Below are positions 16,403 to 25,618 of a stretch of DNA of 31,770 nucleotides, one piece after another; the first letter of the stretch is position 1; each line of letters opens with the position of its first letter. The translations under genes were made by a program, and so were the position numbers. Source of the DNA: a virus (lineage: Duplodnaviria; Caudoviricetes); IMG/VR virus record IMGVR_UViG_3300037311_000345, positions 1 through 31,770 of that record. The stretch is one strand, 5' to 3'. The notes under the pieces are model-generated. The model did no database searches. It was not told the origin of the DNA and was given only the letters and a program-made list of their open reading frames with translations.

Positions 16403-17535
16403 GGAATATATACCTGCCCACTCAAATTAAATACACCAGGCACAGCGATTACTGAATCAGGAATCGTAACATCTCCGATAGGCAAAATAGTAACTTTAAA
16501 AACTTTGGGGAGATTATAAAATAAGTAACGTAAATCAGATTCTTTAAAATCATCTCCTGTATTTAGAGTTCTGAAATAAGATTCAACTACTTCATTTAAC
16601 TGAGCTAAGGGTAGAATAGAATCTGAGTCTGCAAAATAAACGATCACATCTTTATTCACCTCTTGAATTTGTGCATTTTCACAAATCACAAAGGCTGACC
16701 CTCCAGGGTTTTTTTCCTCACCATTGAAATCATCTTGAATCAATTCTAAATTAGAATTAGAGATAGGAGTATAACCAGAGCCAATAAGTAGTAATTTCAC
16801 TGTGCCAGGTCTGTTTAAAGTTTTAGCAGAAATAAAAATAGCACGTTTAACAAAAACATATTTTTCCGCTTCCGATATATACCAATTTTTGGTAAACATA
16901 GAATTTTCAGCATTTTCAAAATTGAAAATTCTAGATCTCACATCAGTAATACTTTCTCTCTCCGAACCTGCGAGTAGAGGAGTATTATCTGGATTATAAC
17001 ATACATCGATACCATCGGGAGGCGATTCTATATTTACGATAGAATCAGAGGTTACATTTCCAAGCTCACCAAATTCTAAGCATTGCACATCTACTTCAAC
17101 AGTATAGAATCCTCTTGTATCTATTGGAGTAGAACTATCGATACTTACACTAAAAAGAGTTTGGTATTGAATCGGACTATCTCCCAGAGTAGATACGATT
17201 TGACCCACAGGAATATTCACCAAAGAACTAGGAGAGCTACTAGAACCAATTCTAATTCTATGTTTTGCGGAAACTGCTTCTTTCCATTCTAAACCATAAC
17301 GTTTAAGCCATTCTTGCAAACCGTCTTCATCTGAGGAATGAGGATGAATATTTTTAGATAACTTTAAAATTTTAGTATCAATAAACAAGAAGATGGAATT
17401 CCCTAAAGCTCTAACAATAGTTCCAATTTTAGATAATGGGTTTCTAAAATTATGCTTTTTAAAAATACCGCTAGACTTTATATCAATTTCAATCTGGCGA
17501 GTTATTTCTTCTTTTGAAGAATAAAGACTAGCCAT
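16399..17535 (-). CDS. Baseplate J / gp47-family protein
   Basis: VQCLEFGELGNV, GSERESITDVRSRI and RPGTVKL motifs; size and position fit. Confidence 0.85.
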   Translation of the reverse strand: MASLYSSKEEITRQIEIDIKSSGIFKKHNFRNPLSKIGTIVRALGNSIFLFIDTKILKLSKNIHPHSSDEDGLQEWLKRYGLEWKEAVSAKHRIRIGSSSSPSSLVNIPVGQIVSTLGDSPIQYQTLFSVSIDSSTPIDTRGFYTVEVDVQCLEFGELGNVTSDSIVNIESPPDGIDVCYNPDNTPLLAGSERESITDVRSRIFNFENAENSMFTKNWYISEAEKYVFVKRAIFISAKTLNRPGTVKLLLIGSGYTPISNSNLELIQDDFNGEEKNPGGSAFVICENAQIQEVNKDVIVYFADSDSILPLAQLNEVVESYFRTLNTGDDFKESDLRYLFYNLPKVFKVTILPIGDVTIPDSVIAVPGVFNLSGQVYIP

Positions 17536-18217
17536 TTACAAAATCCCAAAGCTCTTGATTTGTTTTTTTAGAATCAAACATCTTCTTTAAGGCAATTTTT
17601 TTCTCATCAACTTTTTGCAAAATAGCAGTTTTATGTAATGCGAATCCATCATGAACTTTTTTAATCTGCTCAGCAGAATGATTCACAAATGTTTTTACTT
17701 TGGTTTTAACATTATAACAACGAATAGGAGCTTGTATATTCATGTCCTTAATAGATTTAATATTAAACTGATCTTCTAATTCAGTATCATAAATATGCTC
17801 TTCCCCAAGTGCATTACTTTTGTAACCCGATAGTATTTCTTTAGAAGCTTTTCTAGACAACGAATCATACAAATAGTTGAAAACTTTTTCAGGATCTGAT
17901 TCTTTTATAAATTGAGTTTGATTTTTAGATTCCAACTCTTCTTTTGTCAAAGGAACAATTTTGCCATCTTCTAGCTTTTCATTTTCTTTGAGTTCCAAAT
18001 CGCATACTTTCACACGATGTGCTCTAAATTCCTCATCATTTAAAAAACGAATCTCATCATCTACTAGAACAGCTCTTTTGTTTTCTGGAACTTTGAGACC
18101 ATTCTCTGTTGTATCTTCTTTTGCGATAAAATCTACTAGATCAGGAACTCTATTCGGAGAATATACTGCCGTTCTCCAATACTCACCTGTCTTTTTATCA
18201 AAAATCAAATATCTCAT
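17528..18217 (-). CDS. Tail-fibre-assembly-like protein (DUF4376-like C-terminus)
   Basis: GYKSNALGEEHIYDTELEDQFNI...HSAEQIKKV pattern recalled from DUF4376 proteins. Confidence 0.55.
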   Translation of the reverse strand: MRYLIFDKKTGEYWRTAVYSPNRVPDLVDFIAKEDTTENGLKVPENKRAVLVDDEIRFLNDEEFRAHRVKVCDLELKENEKLEDGKIVPLTKEELESKNQTQFIKESDPEKVFNYLYDSLSRKASKEILSGYKSNALGEEHIYDTELEDQFNIKSIKDMNIQAPIRCYNVKTKVKTFVNHSAEQIKKVHDGFALHKTAILQKVDEKKIALKKMFDSKKTNQELWDFVNG

Positions 18218-18567
18218 AATAACCTCTTAATGACTTCCCCACTTTTTAGAGAGAAGGACGCTTGTATTTTAGAATCAACTAATTCTACTTCGATAGAATC
18301 TGAATCTATTTCGGGAATGCTTTGCAAAATGCTTTCAGCATCAACGAGTCTTCTATACTCATCTGTTGGATCATCCGAATTCATAGAATCTCTTTGGTTT
18401 GAGAAAAAATTCGGGAAGTCTATATCATCCGCTATTCTCATATCAAATGCTTCTATCACTTGAGTAAAAACTTCTTGCTTCATTTCAGACTCTAATTGCA
18501 AGTCATCCAGTTTAGGATCTATCTCTATATCAAAAACACTTCCGGTCAAAGAAACTTTCAAATCCAT
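18214..18567 (-). CDS. Baseplate protein (gp25/gpW-like, by position)
   Basis: Acidic 117 aa protein between spike and baseplate J. Confidence 0.45.
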   Translation of the reverse strand: MDLKVSLTGSVFDIEIDPKLDDLQLESEMKQEVFTQVIEAFDMRIADDIDFPNFFSNQRDSMNSDDPTDEYRRLVDAESILQSIPEIDSDSIEVELVDSKIQASFSLKSGEVIKRLL

Positions 18568-18614
18568 ACTCAGAATATCTTAAATTCTAAGTTTTAAAAT
18601 TATGCCTTTGTTTC

Positions 18615-18824
18615 TTATCGAATCTCACCATTCAAATTCACAATTCCTGCAGGTGCACCAGGCACTGTATTGGCTGTTTGACCATTGGAAATGACTGTTC
18701 CCGATTTTACAAATTTATCGATAGCATTGGCTAATTCATTCGCAACCTGAGAAGGTGTTTTATTTGGATTTTTGTTTTGTAAAATTGTAGTTAAATCAGA
18801 AATTAGAGTTGCTTTATCTAACAT
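18615..18824 (-). CDS. Small phage protein following the spike
   Basis: TAATG-type coupling to the spike gene; ANELANAIDKFVKSGTV helix. Confidence 0.6.
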   Translation of the reverse strand: MLDKATLISDLTTILQNKNPNKTPSQVANELANAIDKFVKSGTVISNGQTANTVPGAPAGIVNLNGEIR

Positions 18825-19405
18825 TAGCTACCTGCCTTGGGAGAATCAGAAGGACCAACTCCCGTTCCATGAAGATGAGTTTCCGCAGAGGTTGCAAGAG
18901 TATCTGTATTCCAACGAATATTTTTGGCAACATCCAATTTTCCTTCCATCTTACAATCATCAGTAAATCTTGATTTGCCTTTGAATATGAATTCATTATT
19001 TAAACTATCCATTTGCATTTCTAAACCTGTAGAATTTTTTATCAAAAAATAATTTGCTTCTTTTTCAATTTGAATATCGTTTATTTTAAACTTGAAATTC
19101 AAATCTGATAATTCTAACTCATTTAAATCACCAATTTTAAATTGAAAAGATTTAAACTCTTGTATGTTAATTGCTACAGGACGATTGAATATATTTTTAA
19201 TAAATAGAATATAACACTTAGTTCCTATTTTTGGAATTCCTTTGCTAAGCCATCTTACATTTTTAATTACATTCTCTGGGCTGTCATCCAATTGCACTTC
19301 CAAAGTTTTTTTTGATTCATTCACTTTTGTAATTTTAGCCTGCTCTGGAAAATAAAAATTCAACTGAGAAGTTACTATTTTTAAAATTGCTTCTTCAAAA
19401 GTCAT
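18824..19405 (-). CDS. Central baseplate spike (gpV/gp45-like)
   Basis: N-terminal OB-fold-like AKITKVN...PKIGTKC; beta-rich middle; C-terminal HxH apex motif (ETHLHGTG). Confidence 0.75.
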   Translation of the reverse strand: MTFEEAILKIVTSQLNFYFPEQAKITKVNESKKTLEVQLDDSPENVIKNVRWLSKGIPKIGTKCYILFIKNIFNRPVAINIQEFKSFQFKIGDLNELELSDLNFKFKINDIQIEKEANYFLIKNSTGLEMQMDSLNNEFIFKGKSRFTDDCKMEGKLDVAKNIRWNTDTLATSAETHLHGTGVGPSDSPKAGS

Positions 19406-20409
19406 TTTTTCTTACCTTTGGTTTTGGTTGGATTAGCAATTTGTTTTTTATACTTATCTGGTAATTCTTTGAAATTATTGATTTGAAATTCTACGATATC
19501 TAAATGAATCCTTTGTCTGTAACTAGCACCTGAAAAATTAAAATTCTTTTCTACCTTGGTTACAAAAGCCGCTTTGTTTCTATCGGGTTCTTTAGGATCT
19601 CTAAACCAAATAATTTCAGAATGTTTTACGGAAGGATGTCCAAAAGTCAAAAAATTTCCTTTGAGTCCAATCCCTGCAATTTCCTTAAAAATTTGCTCTG
19701 CTCTTTTCGTAATATCTTTGGACGGAATTCCATCTAGTTCAAAAACTTTTTCTTCCCCTCCTTTTTGACCAAACACACCTGTTGAATACGTACCTTGGCT
19801 TGGATCATAACTGAGTAGCTTAACCATTACGGGGCGATTCATTCTAAGACTAACCTCATCATCTATAATATTGAAACCTTTTTCAAATTTCAAAATATCT
19901 TCTTTTACAGAAAGCAGAGCTGGTTTTTGAATTTGCAATTTTCCAAACCTGAAAAAAGAATCTATACCTTGCGTTTGTAATTGTCTGAGAGCCCAAGCCT
20001 TAGAACGATTATAGGATTGTATATTTAGATTTGCACTTAAACCTTCTTGGATTTGAAAATCAGGATAAATCTCTGGTATACATTTTTGTAAACTACCTGA
20101 TAGGTTTCTTTTCATCGTTTGATTTTGTAGTTCATAAAGCTTATCTCTACAAATTATCTTTGTAGTTTCTTTAGATGAAATTTCAGTTATTACACCCGAA
20201 AATTCACTTACCAAACCGGTTTCTTTGTAGCCTGCTTTCCATTCTACTTTCATTCCTTTTTCTAATTTGGATTTAGAAAAACCATTCCATCTTGGAAATT
20301 GAACAATGAGTGTATCAGAATTGGTTTCTCTAGAACTAATCAGTTCTACAGATTCTACTTTGTAAAAAGTTTTATCTTCTAAAATGAATTCTTGTGATAG
20401 ATTAAACAT
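19402..20409 (-). CDS. Baseplate hub (late control D / Mu gp44-like)
   Basis: KAGY...EFSGVITEI and GNFLTFGHPSVKHS patterns; lies between LysM and spike genes. Confidence 0.7.
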   Translation of the reverse strand: MFNLSQEFILEDKTFYKVESVELISSRETNSDTLIVQFPRWNGFSKSKLEKGMKVEWKAGYKETGLVSEFSGVITEISSKETTKIICRDKLYELQNQTMKRNLSGSLQKCIPEIYPDFQIQEGLSANLNIQSYNRSKAWALRQLQTQGIDSFFRFGKLQIQKPALLSVKEDILKFEKGFNIIDDEVSLRMNRPVMVKLLSYDPSQGTYSTGVFGQKGGEEKVFELDGIPSKDITKRAEQIFKEIAGIGLKGNFLTFGHPSVKHSEIIWFRDPKEPDRNKAAFVTKVEKNFNFSGASYRQRIHLDIVEFQINNFKELPDKYKKQIANPTKTKGKKK

Positions 20410-20749
20410 TCTGAATCAAAGAAGGAATTAAAATTTCTTTGCCTATATTGTATTTTAATACAAGTTCATTATTCTTATATCTTAAAAACTCAGAATAACT
20501 TTCAGTGTTATAGTATTTTTTAGAAATCGATTCATAGGTATCGTTTTGAGATACTATATGAGTTTCATCTAATAAATTAATCTCTGGAATTTCTAAAGGA
20601 ATCCCTCCTTGTAAAATATTCTCAGTTAAATTTTGAATCTTCGAATAATTAGCATCTAGTATTATTTTGTAGCAAGTCCAGTCTCCGTAAAACTTAGCGG
20701 CTATTCTTTGCAGAGTATCATTCTCTTTGGTGACATATACTCCTATCAT
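20402..20749 (-). CDS. LysM-domain / tail protein X-like
   Basis: Two LysM-like units: YVTKENDTLQRIAAKFYGD and HIVSQNDTYESISKKYY. Confidence 0.8.
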   Translation of the reverse strand: MIGVYVTKENDTLQRIAAKFYGDWTCYKIILDANYSKIQNLTENILQGGIPLEIPEINLLDETHIVSQNDTYESISKKYYNTESYSEFLRYKNNELVLKYNIGKEILIPSLIQNV

Positions 20750-21240
20750 ACAATACCTACCACATCGCCTACACTAAAACTATCTTGTATATTTTCATCA
20801 TCAGGTTTTGTTAAATCAATTTCAGGATCATCCGAAAGTGCTTCTAACCGAACAGGTAATTCATGAAGCCTTTCCTCATTTGGAAAATCAATTCTAGTTA
20901 GAACCACATACTTGATTCCAAGCTTATTGATTTTAGAATTTGTTATTTTCAAAGCCTCAAATAGTCTCCAAACTTTTTTGATTTGAACCAACTCTCTTTG
21001 AGCCAGTAGTTTATTCATTCCTACATATTCAAACTCGATAGTAAGCTTGAAATCATCTACACCCGAAAATTCTTTTACTGAACCCGATCTACCAGGCACT
21101 TTAGTAACTGAAAAAAGTTTCTCTTGCGATAAAGTTACTTTAGTGCCACGAGGACATCTATATGTAGATATCACAACTGGATCTAAATCAGCAGTAGTGA
21201 ATGTTAGAATTGGTCCTCCAGGCATTAAATCTAAAATCAT
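20746..21240 (-). CDS. Tail tube initiator-like protein (gpU/DUF6046-like)
   Basis: Directly after the tape measure; TKVPGRSGSVKEF...DDFKLTI and ALSD motifs. Confidence 0.55.
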   Translation of the reverse strand: MILDLMPGGPILTFTTADLDPVVISTYRCPRGTKVTLSQEKLFSVTKVPGRSGSVKEFSGVDDFKLTIEFEYVGMNKLLAQRELVQIKKVWRLFEALKITNSKINKLGIKYVVLTRIDFPNEERLHELPVRLEALSDDPEIDLTKPDDENIQDSFSVGDVVGIV

Positions 21241-24200
21241 AACGCCTCCGCTTTTTGGATAATTAAATCTTCTAAAATCTGACCAATCCCTTTGAGTCCA
21301 TTTTGCAAACTAATGTTGATTCCTTCAATATTCAAATTTTGATTCGATTGATTTTGAATTGTCTTAGAAGTTGCATTCTCAGGAGAAATAGAATTCGATA
21401 ATTTTTGAATTTCTTTTTTAGGAACTGATAATATATTCTCAAGCGGTTGCTCTAGTAAATTTTTAGATTTATTAATTCCTGTGGAATAGGTTTTTACTAA
21501 ATTAGATCCTGCCTCTGTTGTTCTAGCTAAAGGTCCACGCTTAGCATCTGACCAGTTAAAAAAATCTTTAATAACTCCAGTAAATCTTTCTAGAGTTCCT
21601 ACTTGTTGCTGACCTCCCGTTTCCTTTCCAACTCCACTGGAATACGTATTGACTAAATTTCTACCTGCATTAAAACCCATTCCATTCAGTTTAGCAAAAA
21701 TCAAATTCATGTTTCTCATGAAAAAAACTTCTATATCTCTAAATCGCAAACCTTGCAATGCTTTTTGAAATTCAGCAGAAAAACTCTCTCCTAGTTTTTT
21801 TCCAGAATCAGATAAAACTTTTTCGAGTTTTGAAGTAAGCTCAGTCATAGACACAGGCACGCTCTCCACTGCGGACTTCATGCTCGTTTCCATTTTAGAA
21901 CCCACTTGGTTGAAACTTTTATCAGGTAATTTTATATTCGATAGATTGGGAAGCTGTGCATTCCCTCCATTAAAATTAGCACTATCATTTACACCTATAA
22001 TCCCTAAAGCAGAATTATTTTTAGGAACTGCATTTATTTTTTTACCTAAATTTTCTGTTGCAGAGGAAAGCTTATTTGTTTCTTCAACTGCCTTAGTTGC
22101 CTGATTCGATTTTAAAAATTCATCTTTACTTAGCTTTGCTTTTTTATCTAAATCTAAAATTCTCTTTTGTGCGGCTTCATACTCTGAACTACCTGCTTTT
22201 CCAAAATTACCTTTATCCACTTCTGACTTCAAGGAATCTCGTAGAGCGTTAGTATCTTTGAGCATTTTTTGATACTCAGATTCTTTTTGTATATTAGTTT
22301 CTAGAGAATTTTTATTAGCCTCTAATTTTTTAATTTCAGAATCATATTTAGAAACCTCAGAATCTAAACCAAACTTACTAGCCTTATCTCTCTTAGTGTA
22401 TAGATCATCCAACTGTTTATTTACATCTTTGAGTCCGGATTCAAATTGAATCGTAGCGTCTGAAGTGCCTGTAAATTTACGAAACCAATTATAGGCATCT
22501 TGAATCGATTGAGTCACCTTATCCCAGTTCTGTGCGAGTAGCAAAGCTCCATTAATCAACCAACCAATAGGACCAATCAGAGCTAGTACTACAGATACCA
22601 ACATCTGATGTTCATTGTATAGATTCATTACACTAGAACCTAAACTTTTTATCCAACCAGTCCACACTTCAAAATACTTTACAGCAAGAACCACAACTCC
22701 AATCAGAGCTACAACCCCAACCACCACAGCCCCAATGGGATTTGCGGATAATGCCGCATTAAACGCCCACTGAGCAAATGTCGCTTTGGTCATTACACCT
22801 GTCTTCACTGCATAAAGAGCAACCGACAAACTCATAGAAGTTCTTTCTATTCCAAGCACTGCAATATTTGCTGATCTAGCAATTGTCTCAGCTTTGGAAG
22901 CTGCAATTGAAATCCAATGCTGAACTGTATTTACTGCCAAAGCTCCTGAATTCAAAAACAACATACCAGTTTTATAAAGAATCGAAGCACCTAAACTTTG
23001 AGTTGTAGCAGTATAAATCATTGCAACTCCAGATAAAGAACTCATCAAACCAATCACTGCACCTAATACAGATGCCCCAATTAAAAAATAACCAAAAAAA
23101 TCTTTTATAATCGGGCTAGATTCTACTAGATTCAAAGTCCATCCTACAAAATCAGCAATCATAGAAACAGCATTTTTAAATGGTCCTTCAGCTAATGCTG
23201 AACCTAATGAACTTTTTAAGGCTTTCCAACCTGAATCTAACCTGTCCAACTGAGAACTATAAGAAGATAGGTTTTGGTTAGACATTTCTCTCATCGCACT
23301 AAAATCTAAACTATCTGCTGCACTTCCAAGCTCTTTAATATCATTTTCAAGTGCTTTAGTATGTGGTAATAAATTTAAAATAGCTTTTACACCTTCCTCA
23401 CCAAAAGCAGAAATCAGTTGAGGCATTTCTTTTTGAGTATCAATACTTGACCCATATTTATTTTTAATTTCTTCAAGAATTGCTGGCATACTTTTTAACT
23501 TATTATTTGCATCTACGGAAGATAAACCAAGCTTTTCTAATCCAGTTCCTATTTTTCCCAGAAAAGCTCTATAGGCAGTACCGGCTTCACCTGGATTCAT
23601 TGTATTTTGTAATGTTCCTAATACTGCTGTTTGTTCAGTTAATGTTATACCAATTGCTTGAGCACTTGAACCAAGAGAATTCATTGCTTGATTCATAGCT
23701 GAACCATCAGTTCTGTATTTTTTAACTGCTAGGGAAAGAGTATTTCCAACCATGTTACCAAAATCAAGATCAGACATTTTACTATAAGAACTTTTATATT
23801 GATTATAAGTCATCGCAAATAGTTTTGATAACTCAGCAAAATCTCCTTTAGTAGCTTTTGCAGTTATAGCAATTGACTCAGCAAATTTAGGTAGTGTAGC
23901 ACCATCTAAAGATGATATTCCAGATTTAATGTCATAAACACCCGTAAGAAAAGTCTCTTTGGAAATTCCCATTGTAGAAGCCATTTTTCCAACTTCAGAA
24001 GATATAGCTTCTACTTCAGATTTACTAACTCCTAATGAACGTATATTAGATTCTAACTTTCCTGCTTCTTTTGCAGAATCAGATAGATTATTTGCAAAAG
24101 AATAAAGTCCTGCAGAGGCACCTAAAGTGTCAATACCAGTTTTTAGCATAGACATACCTTTATCAAATCGCTTAGCAGCATTAGATGCATCATCCATTTT

Positions 24201-24302
24201 GTTTCGTAAATCTTTCCAATGGTCATGCATGGCAAGGATTTTGTTTTTAGCTAAATCAGTTAAAGAGACAACTACCCCTAATTGAAAGACACTACTTTCC
24301 AC
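21237..24302 (-). CDS. Phage tail tape measure protein
   Basis: 1021 aa, helical and Ala/Ser-rich; GEAGTAYRAFL and AALSANPIGAVV motifs; hydrophobic central part. Confidence 0.92.
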   Translation of the reverse strand: MESSVFQLGVVVSLTDLAKNKILAMHDHWKDLRNKMDDASNAAKRFDKGMSMLKTGIDTLGASAGLYSFANNLSDSAKEAGKLESNIRSLGVSKSEVEAISSEVGKMASTMGISKETFLTGVYDIKSGISSLDGATLPKFAESIAITAKATKGDFAELSKLFAMTYNQYKSSYSKMSDLDFGNMVGNTLSLAVKKYRTDGSAMNQAMNSLGSSAQAIGITLTEQTAVLGTLQNTMNPGEAGTAYRAFLGKIGTGLEKLGLSSVDANNKLKSMPAILEEIKNKYGSSIDTQKEMPQLISAFGEEGVKAILNLLPHTKALENDIKELGSAADSLDFSAMREMSNQNLSSYSSQLDRLDSGWKALKSSLGSALAEGPFKNAVSMIADFVGWTLNLVESSPIIKDFFGYFLIGASVLGAVIGLMSSLSGVAMIYTATTQSLGASILYKTGMLFLNSGALAVNTVQHWISIAASKAETIARSANIAVLGIERTSMSLSVALYAVKTGVMTKATFAQWAFNAALSANPIGAVVVGVVALIGVVVLAVKYFEVWTGWIKSLGSSVMNLYNEHQMLVSVVLALIGPIGWLINGALLLAQNWDKVTQSIQDAYNWFRKFTGTSDATIQFESGLKDVNKQLDDLYTKRDKASKFGLDSEVSKYDSEIKKLEANKNSLETNIQKESEYQKMLKDTNALRDSLKSEVDKGNFGKAGSSEYEAAQKRILDLDKKAKLSKDEFLKSNQATKAVEETNKLSSATENLGKKINAVPKNNSALGIIGVNDSANFNGGNAQLPNLSNIKLPDKSFNQVGSKMETSMKSAVESVPVSMTELTSKLEKVLSDSGKKLGESFSAEFQKALQGLRFRDIEVFFMRNMNLIFAKLNGMGFNAGRNLVNTYSSGVGKETGGQQQVGTLERFTGVIKDFFNWSDAKRGPLARTTEAGSNLVKTYSTGINKSKNLLEQPLENILSVPKKEIQKLSNSISPENATSKTIQNQSNQNLNIEGINISLQNGLKGIGQILEDLIIQKAEAL

Positions 24303-24537
24303 TGCAAAATCCTAAGTATGCAAATAAGATTATATAAATTAAACAAGCTAAAAGAAACTGAATCAAAAAAGCAATTGATTTACCAAACATACTTACCCTT
24401 GAGCTAAAAAACAAAATCGGTAAAAATAAAATTCCAATAATTGGAATTAAGTAGATACTTGGAATTTCGTGTTGCTCTTCTTTTTTGAATTCAAAATCTT
24501 TGGCTGTATCTCCTTGTTTAAACATTTTTTTCTTCAT
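24292..24537 (-). CDS. Small two-TM membrane protein
   Basis: ATG 24537 preceded by AAGGAG; two hydrophobic segments. Confidence 0.65.
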   Translation of the reverse strand: MKKKMFKQGDTAKDFEFKKEEQHEIPSIYLIPIIGILFLPILFFSSRVSMFGKSIAFLIQFLLACLIYIILFAYLGFCSGK

Positions 24538-24538
24538 T

Positions 24539-24748
24539 TCATTCTCCTTCAAATGCAATTACGATTGACCTAGCATTCCGAATCATAACACTTCGCTCAA
24601 TAAATTCTAGCATTGCTATCAAGCGAAGATACTCTTCAGACTCAGGCTCAGGGATAGGTCGCAGAGGAAAGTAATGAGCAGATAATGCCTCTACTACAAG
24701 TCCACTTCCTTTGCGAATTTCTTCCCTGTAAAGCTCTATAACTTTTTT
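24539..24748 (-). CDS. -1 frameshift extension of tail assembly chaperone (lambda GT-like)
   Basis: A AAA AAG heptamer at 24748-24742 just before the TAG; the -1 frame is open to TGA at 24541-24539 (VIELYREEIRKGSGLVVEALSAHYFP...IAFEGE*). Confidence 0.8.
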   Translation of the reverse strand, partial: KKVIELYREEIRKGSGLVVEALSAHYFPLRPIPEPESEEYLRLIAMLEFIERSVMIRNARSIVIAFEGE

Positions 24749-25146
24749 GCCTGAGCCTCCTTATTCACTAGACCAAGCTCCATAAGCTTTCTCACGGTAG
24801 AACTTACGATACCAATTTTACCCTCACTCACCCATTGGTTAACAACATCAATAGTTGGATAGAGCAAGCAATACGATAAAAGCTCTCTGTCTACTTCAAA
24901 ACCATCTCGATTAGAAGAGGCACTCTTATTTACAGCTTTCATATGTTCAACAGAAGGAAGCCTACATATCATATTATACTCCCCTAGGTCGACAATATGA
25001 ACACCTCCTTTTTCAGAAAAAATTTCTTTGAGAGTGTTTATCTCTTCTTTGAAAATTTCTAAAAATTCCTCATCCACATATTTATAACCAGAACCAAAAG
25101 CTTCTTTTACTTCCTTGATTGCATTTGCAATTTCTAAACCGTTCAT
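24736..25146 (-). CDS. Tail assembly chaperone
   Basis: Between tube and tape measure; ends AKKL on a slippery site. Confidence 0.8.
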   Translation of the reverse strand: MNGLEIANAIKEVKEAFGSGYKYVDEEFLEIFKEEINTLKEIFSEKGGVHIVDLGEYNMICRLPSVEHMKAVNKSASSNRDGFEVDRELLSYCLLYPTIDVVNQWVSEGKIGIVSSTVRKLMELGLVNKEAQAKKL

Positions 25147-25158
25147 AATTCCCCCTTA

Positions 25159-25608
25159 TTAAGCAAACGATAAAACAGGATAACTAATAATCCCAAAACC
25201 AAGAGGAGTCTCTTGTCTCTCCGAACCCTGCTTGAAAGAAAAATTACCAGATATAATTTTCAAAGCAGGAATCGTTAAGGTAAAAATTCCTGTTCCTGGC
25301 ACTGTAGCCTTAGCCACTGCAGGTGCCGCAGGCAATTTCAACACATCTCCCCCAAAAGCACTAGCCAAGGTAATGAGTCTTTTCATCTCTTCTAAGTCCA
25401 CAGTACTCTTAGCCTCTCTTTTATAACTCTTGATTGACCAAGAAACACCCTCTCCCCCTTTTCCAGTGTTGACTGCAAACTCCGATTTGAAGTCAAACTC
25501 AAAAGAAGAAAATTTAATCACCTGAGCTCCAAAAAAAGTAAGCTCAAAATTTTCCCAACTCAACGCCTCAGGGATCACATCCCCAGGCTGTAAAATTCCA
25601 TTTGGCAT
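25159..25608 (-). CDS. Tail tube protein
   Basis: 149 aa, beta-rich, directly after the sheath; SWENFEL motif. Confidence 0.75.
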   Translation of the reverse strand: MPNGILQPGDVIPEALSWENFELTFFGAQVIKFSSFEFDFKSEFAVNTGKGGEGVSWSIKSYKREAKSTVDLEEMKRLITLASAFGGDVLKLPAAPAVAKATVPGTGIFTLTIPALKIISGNFSFKQGSERQETPLGFGIISYPVLSFA

Positions 25609-25618
25609 TTAATCCCCC

